Shown in pieces: positions 59,451 to 64,000 of a stretch of 64,000 nucleotides of DNA (positions are counted from its first letter, which is position 1; each line of letters starts with the position of its first letter). Location: assembly GCA_021806165.1 (NCBI GenBank), contig JAJZXY010000008.1, positions 11,334 through 75,333 of the forward strand, written 5' to 3'. The translations under genes and the position numbers were made by a program. Source of the stretch: Thermoplasmata archaeon. GTDB lineage: Archaea > Thermoplasmatota > Thermoplasmata > Sysuiplasmatales > Sysuiplasmataceae. The notes beneath the pieces are model-generated. The model was not told where the DNA came from, did no database searches, and saw only the letters and a list, made by a program, of their open reading frames with translations.

Positions 59451-60587
59451 TCAGTCATAGAACTCACCAAACAGTCCTACCAAGAAAAGTTGACTTTGGC
59501 TATCTAATTCGTCCAGATTGTTTGTTTTGGGCATATCATAGCCTTGCACTTGTACATGTGCGAGACTTGAGCTGTAGCCTTTCCTGTTTAGTTCATATGC
59601 TGCCATTAAGCCACCTAGGGATAATAACTTGCTCGAATGTGCACTTATTGCAATGTTACACCCTCCGAGAGAATCAAGTGCTTTCCGATACCTTTCCGCG
59701 GTTAAAGAAATCTGTCTGTAGGCTTCGAATGGATTGTTTTCGGAGACGTAGATTATATTGTGAGGTTCAATATCCCATTCATCGAAAAGTAACTGTCTGT
59801 GCGACAAGACAATATCGTCGCTTCTGCGAGGATTAATTGAAGGATTTGGCAAGACCGGTGAAATCTCGTCCGGATTTACCAATTCGTGCACCTTTCTTAG
59901 TTGGTCAGTTTGATCTTCGCCAAGTATGGGTATCCATATTCTTGGTAAATTGCCTGATCCCTCTAGGTCGAATCCACTACCGAATCCTCTAACATATTCT
60001 GCCGCGTCATCTATTCCCACTTTCCTAATCTGTTTATCCAAAGCAGCGTTTTCTGCTGCGACAATGAGCAGATTTCTCCTTTTATCTTCGCCGCGTTTCT
60101 TGGCGTCATCAAGCAACGAAAGGATCTTTCCAATCAGAGGAAAGAACACACTTCGTGGCAGCGAGCTAATATCCACGACAATTGAATCATATTCGAGATC
60201 GTCTATTGATTTGATCAGTGCCGCCGCATTTTGACTTGTCACTCTTCTCCTTCCAGAACCTTGTCCTTTCCACATTTCCACAGTCTTCTGAAGGATGGAT
60301 CCACCGTAACCTTCGACTATCTGCTTTGCCTTATTCACGTTCTCAATTAAGAGAGCCTCATGTTTGCGAGAGGGAGATTCCTTGCCTTCTTCAAATTCCA
60401 CCATTATGCAGTCTTTTCTTCCGTTACTGCTGTGGCTGAATATGGATTCCAATCCTAGAGTCATTCTTGGGTCGAATCCCACTCCGCTAAAGTACAGTAA
60501 ATCACAATTTTCGCTGGAAAAGAAAGAGCTGAGAAAGGAAGTCACCTCCTCATTTTTCTTTGTGAAGTACGGATCCCATCTCAACAC
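59451..60587 (-). CDS. Hypothetical protein (378 aa), operon member
   Basis: No motif I can assign; alternating hydrophobic strand and helix pattern suggests a Rossmann-like fold. 3-nt gap to the upstream NTPase gene. Confidence 0.4.
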   Translation of the reverse strand: MLRWDPYFTKKNEEVTSFLSSFFSSENCDLLYFSGVGFDPRMTLGLESIFSHSSNGRKDCIMVEFEEGKESPSRKHEALLIENVNKAKQIVEGYGGSILQKTVEMWKGQGSGRRRVTSQNAAALIKSIDDLEYDSIVVDISSLPRSVFFPLIGKILSLLDDAKKRGEDKRRNLLIVAAENAALDKQIRKVGIDDAAEYVRGFGSGFDLEGSGNLPRIWIPILGEDQTDQLRKVHELVNPDEISPVLPNPSINPRRSDDIVLSHRQLLFDEWDIEPHNIIYVSENNPFEAYRQISLTAERYRKALDSLGGCNIAISAHSSKLLSLGGLMAAYELNRKGYSSSLAHVQVQGYDMPKTNNLDELDSQSQLFLVGLFGEFYD

Positions 60588-60590
60588 AGA

Positions 60591-62522
60591 TCACTTCTTC
60601 TTTTGCTTTCTTATCTGACGCAGATCGCCCGCGATCCAAGTGTTCATCTCATCCAATTTAACATGTCTCCAACCGCCATATTGCAGCGGTAAACCGAACA
60701 AAAGGCATAACCATCTGTTAAGATACATCACCATCCATTTCTTCCCGGCGTATCCTTGGGATCTATCCATATGCACCTCAAGAAGGTTGTTCGAGATCGA
60801 TGTGGACAGCACATTAGTCAATAGACTATATTTACCGTCAGGACTAGCTCTGTTGTAATCTATAAGTCTTTTACGTTCATACATGCTGATGGCAATGCCA
60901 GATATGGATCCTGCTGCTCCATATGAAGCAGTCCCTTTCAACCATTCTGACTTAGCTATCTCCTTTATCGCAGTCAGTAGATTCACAACTTCGGTTCCGT
61001 ATGGGATCTTAAGTCCCATATTCTCCCATCGCGATTTTGCAATTCTATTCAATATCAATTCTTGTCTATCTGTTGGCAAGATAGACTTTCCGCTGAGCAA
61101 GTTCAATGCAAGTATCTCTTCAAAAAGATCAGCTGCGAATGTAAGAAATTGATCGAAATTAGAGCTAGACAAAAGGGCGAGTCTGTCAGGCCCAAAGTAA
61201 TACGGCACTTTGAACTCATCGGAGACCATCCTATCGGCAGCATTCCGAAGAACGCTATCCTCCAATTTTTCGAGGTTACCAAGATGTGTTGGGATGCCAA
61301 CTTGTAATCTTTGTTGGTTCTTTGACAAATCCCTTCTTAACAATATCTCTAACACTCGTAGGGCTATCATCTTTTCTCTAGGGGTGGACTGAGTTTCAAG
61401 TATGGCGCGCTCTAGTGGTAGTATGTTTGAAAAGTGTCTGTCCGCTTCTTTGATGCGATTTTGAATAGTATCGAGGCCCAGTTCATATTGTTCTTCCCAA
61501 GAAGAGCTGTCTATCGTATCTTCCAAGCAAGCACGGAAAGAGGTTAAGGATATTTCAGGCACCAACGCCAATCTTCTATCCGCAATGTCAAACGCTGCTT
61601 TTTCAAATGACTTATACCTGTCTCTCCAAAATTTTTCAAGATCGATTGGTTTACCATAATCTCTCCCTTCATTGGCCCCATCCCCCGTCAAATCCTGGAA
61701 GTCAAGAGCTTCCAGTCTTTGAGCAACCCAGACTGTCGGTCTCGGTCGTGTCTGCAGTATTGTCTCTGTTAGGATCTTTCTTTGTTTTTGTGAAAGCTTG
61801 TGGGCATCATCCAGTTCAATGATGACCCTTGAAATGACTTCCTCTCCGTCGATTGTGAAGTTTCGGGGTTGAAGAAGTGTAAGAGAAATAAGTGACTCAT
61901 GACCAGAGACTTCCAAGTTAGTTGGCCTTATGAAACTGTCAACTACTTTGGCCGCGTCTCTCTCAAGATTGCAGGCCCAGTCGTAGATATCTCTCCCCGA
62001 GCAAGGGAATTCAATAACTCTACCCAGTTCTATATTATGTTCTAGGTCAACGGTTATTCTGGAAAGGTCGTTGGGATAATTCAGTTTCTTGAGTTCACTC
62101 ATTCCCCTTAAGGCTGCAAGGATTAATCTTGAGTCTAAGATAGCGAAGAAGAGTCTGTTCATTTGGGCCGGACTTAAGTTCATATCCTCCAAAGATGCGT
62201 AGTTCCTAGCACATGAATGAAGGACGCCTAGCACCCTCGGCCCTTGTTCAGATACGGCATCAAGCATGACCAATTTTCCATAGAGTTCTTTGAGGTCTTC
62301 ATTTCTTCTAAGGCTAAATAACGTAGTCAAAGAACTTGGTGTGAATAGTCTCAATAGAGTAGTCTTGCCGCCACCTGGAGCACTCTGTATGACGTGAAGA
62401 TTGTTCCAAAAATTATTGGTGTCGAGCACGTCAAGAGCGGCGGGAGCAAATAGCCTCAGGAACTCATCCACGTCGTTAATATCTTCTGCTGTTCTAAGCC
62501 TAAATGGATTGCGTGGTATCAT
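60591..62522 (-). CDS. P-loop NTPase (STAND/AAA-like), about 643 aa
   Basis: Walker A SAPGGGKTTLLRLF, Walker B IIELDDAHKL, long helical C-terminal region. Start placed at MIPRNPF (62522), which forms an ATGA overlap with the upstream stop; the track ORF extends to 62654. Confidence 0.55.
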   Translation of the reverse strand: MIPRNPFRLRTAEDINDVDEFLRLFAPAALDVLDTNNFWNNLHVIQSAPGGGKTTLLRLFTPSSLTTLFSLRRNEDLKELYGKLVMLDAVSEQGPRVLGVLHSCARNYASLEDMNLSPAQMNRLFFAILDSRLILAALRGMSELKKLNYPNDLSRITVDLEHNIELGRVIEFPCSGRDIYDWACNLERDAAKVVDSFIRPTNLEVSGHESLISLTLLQPRNFTIDGEEVISRVIIELDDAHKLSQKQRKILTETILQTRPRPTVWVAQRLEALDFQDLTGDGANEGRDYGKPIDLEKFWRDRYKSFEKAAFDIADRRLALVPEISLTSFRACLEDTIDSSSWEEQYELGLDTIQNRIKEADRHFSNILPLERAILETQSTPREKMIALRVLEILLRRDLSKNQQRLQVGIPTHLGNLEKLEDSVLRNAADRMVSDEFKVPYYFGPDRLALLSSSNFDQFLTFAADLFEEILALNLLSGKSILPTDRQELILNRIAKSRWENMGLKIPYGTEVVNLLTAIKEIAKSEWLKGTASYGAAGSISGIAISMYERKRLIDYNRASPDGKYSLLTNVLSTSISNNLLEVHMDRSQGYAGKKWMVMYLNRWLCLLFGLPLQYGGWRHVKLDEMNTWIAGDLRQIRKQKKK

Positions 62523-63655
62523 CTCGAAGTACCACCTTGTTTGTGCCTGCTCACACGAGGGAAGAGCCCATGATAGTTGAAGCCTCCCCCGAACCATAAG
62601 ATCGGAATCGAATTGTTGGGGGTATTGTGAAAAAGGATGAGTGGTAGAGCACACTCATCAAATCCATATTGTGGATTGTCTGTCTTGCCCTTTTCGTAAT
62701 TCGTGTCGACTACTCTTGGATCAAAATAATGCTTCAGCAATGATTCCAATCTCATATCGCTGTAATTATTCACACCCAGCGCAGTTGGTAGCTCTTGGAT
62801 TGTCATCAGTCGAAAATCACATGAACAATCAAATACTTTCTGAAATTCGCTTACGGTTTCGTTGATTTTTCTCTCTGCACGTTCGGTCGCAGAATAAAGA
62901 ACTACAATTACCCTTAAGTTAGCCTTGTCAAAAAGGGTGTTTAGAGCCAAGCCCGAATAATAGATAGATTTCAATATTCTTATTATCTTTCCATCATAAT
63001 CTTCTTCATCCTTCCTTGCATAGCTATAACCACTCCCTGAGAAGTCGTCCAGTAGGAACAAGTTCACGAATTTTGCGTCATCCTCATCTATTGAAGACTC
63101 CTTCGGAAGATCTTCCCGCAACTTAAGAAGGAGGTCCCTTGCTTCTTCATCATCTATCCTGTAGTATGGCAAGATTTGTTCATGGGTAAGTGATGGGTTG
63201 GCGCGTCGAAAGATGTCAATGTGGGCTCCATCACTCATGGCTAGGAATAAGCTCTTCCTCAGAGCGGTCTTGTAATGCTTTCCATTTATCAGCTGGTCTA
63301 GTTTGAAAGGTGAGTTGCCGCTCAATTCTGAAGCCTGTTGCATAAGAAATGGCCTTATGAAGTCTGGAAACGCAATAGTGACCAAGTGCTGCATTTCGAG
63401 TTCTGATATGAAAATCAATCGTCTCCGGACAAAATCATAAGCACAAATCCGCTCTTCTTTAGTCTCGAACTGTTGAAGCCACAAAGCGAGACTCTCAACG
63501 AAACGCATGCCTGGGGCAAACTGCTGATAGTCATTGTATTTCATCGATGAAATGACTTGGAGGTCTCTCCTTTGACTTGCAACATCCTCAGCCGTCCAGT
63601 CCATAATCCTAGCAAGAAGTTTCTCGGCGAGCGCATCTTTCATTGTTACCTCCAA
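62519..63655 (-). CDS. Hypothetical protein with PRTase-like PRPP-binding motif (tentative)
   Basis: 378 aa; VNLFLLDDFSGSGYS resembles the type I phosphoribosyltransferase hhhhDDxxxTGGT loop. The rest is unassigned. Confidence 0.35.
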   Translation of the reverse strand: MEVTMKDALAEKLLARIMDWTAEDVASQRRDLQVISSMKYNDYQQFAPGMRFVESLALWLQQFETKEERICAYDFVRRRLIFISELEMQHLVTIAFPDFIRPFLMQQASELSGNSPFKLDQLINGKHYKTALRKSLFLAMSDGAHIDIFRRANPSLTHEQILPYYRIDDEEARDLLLKLREDLPKESSIDEDDAKFVNLFLLDDFSGSGYSYARKDEEDYDGKIIRILKSIYYSGLALNTLFDKANLRVIVVLYSATERAERKINETVSEFQKVFDCSCDFRLMTIQELPTALGVNNYSDMRLESLLKHYFDPRVVDTNYEKGKTDNPQYGFDECALPLILFHNTPNNSIPILWFGGGFNYHGLFPRVSRHKQGGTSR

Positions 63656-63658
63656 AAC

Positions 63659-64000
63659 CTATAAATCGATATCTAGTTGCCATTTGTATTCTTCCTTAAG
63701 CTTCAACCAGCAGAAGTACCTTGCAGTTAGTATCGTTCCGAGTTCTCCTTCAGCCCCCATATTCCAACATTTTTCCTTATCATTAGAGACTTCATCAACA
63801 CTTAATCCAAGTCTATGATTCAGCAGTTCAAAGTCATTACCAGGCCATGCACCTTGATCGCCTATTCTAAGAATTTCATCATCTTTGCATTTGACTCGAG
63901 CCTTCAGGAAGTCTATTATTCTTGCCTTAGAGAGCTTGTGGTCTATAATATCAACCGAGTGACCCGACATAATGGCCTTCAACGGCAATGCATTTCCTAT
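63659..64000 (-). CDS. HAD-superfamily hydrolase-like protein, 5'-partial (continues past window end)
   Basis: Frame is open to position 64000. C-terminal ...ILRIGDQGAWPGNDFELL resembles HAD motif IV (GDGxND). The track start at 63988 is TTG. Confidence 0.35.
   Translation of the reverse strand: MGNALPLKAIMSGHSVDIIDHKLSKARIIDFLKARVKCKDDEILRIGDQGAWPGNDFELLNHRLGLSVDEVSNDKEKCWNMGAEGELGTILTARYFCWLKLKEEYKWQLDIDL

Larger units (their letters stand above)
53100..64000. mobile_element. Low-GC genomic island (right boundary beyond window)
   Basis: Visible drop from about 58-60% GC to about 42-45% GC starting near 53.1 kb. Contents are toxin-antitoxin pairs, a transporter pseudogene and an unusual operon. 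No integrase or att site identified inside the window. Confidence 0.5.

Noticed and set aside
1-64000. CRISPR arrays or rRNA genes
   Set aside because: No regularly spaced direct repeats of 24-40 bp and no rRNA-like conserved stretches were seen.

Overview
Probably archaeal, high-GC (~58-60%) chromosomal segment. Split-domain glutamate synthase, a comA-like gene, a substrate-binding protein with a C-terminal membrane anchor and AT-rich TATA-like upstream regions support this; the lineage is not assignable from the sequence alone. The core region (1-53.1 kb) carries two molybdenum-hydroxylase (CoxSML/Xdh family) loci with accessory catabolic genes, a fragmented hydantoinase pseudogene and two paralogous MFS transporters flanking a phosphosulfolactate-synthase (ComA)-like gene. 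It also carries a DUF3604-like protein, a complete peptide/nickel-type ABC importer (dpp/opp-like), a leuA-leuC-leuD-leuB operon, an amt-gltB nitrogen-assimilation cluster with unusual domain packaging, and pheA. A signalling module follows: a coiled-coil KaiC-like ATPase, a membrane-anchored Ser/Thr-kinase-like protein, a PP2C phosphatase and a vWA protein (the last three form a TerY-P-type triad). Further features are an intact IS (transposase, 12-13 bp terminal inverted repeats, 10 bp flanking direct repeat) next to a degenerate related transposase, then a citrate-synthase-like protein, PPK2, acetyl-CoA synthetase and a SatP/YaaH acetate channel. From about 53.1 kb to the window end the composition drops sharply to roughly 42-45% GC. 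This apparent island carries an AbiEii/AbiEi-like pair, an ACR3 arsenite-carrier gene with an in-frame amber codon at a conserved Trp, two VapBC pairs, and a tightly coupled five-gene minus-strand operon: HAD-like phosphatase (partial), PRTase-like protein, large P-loop NTPase, unknown 378-aa protein, and a PfkB-family kinase. This operon is the best candidate for an undescribed defence or nucleotide-modifying system. No rRNA, tRNA or CRISPR array could be supported.
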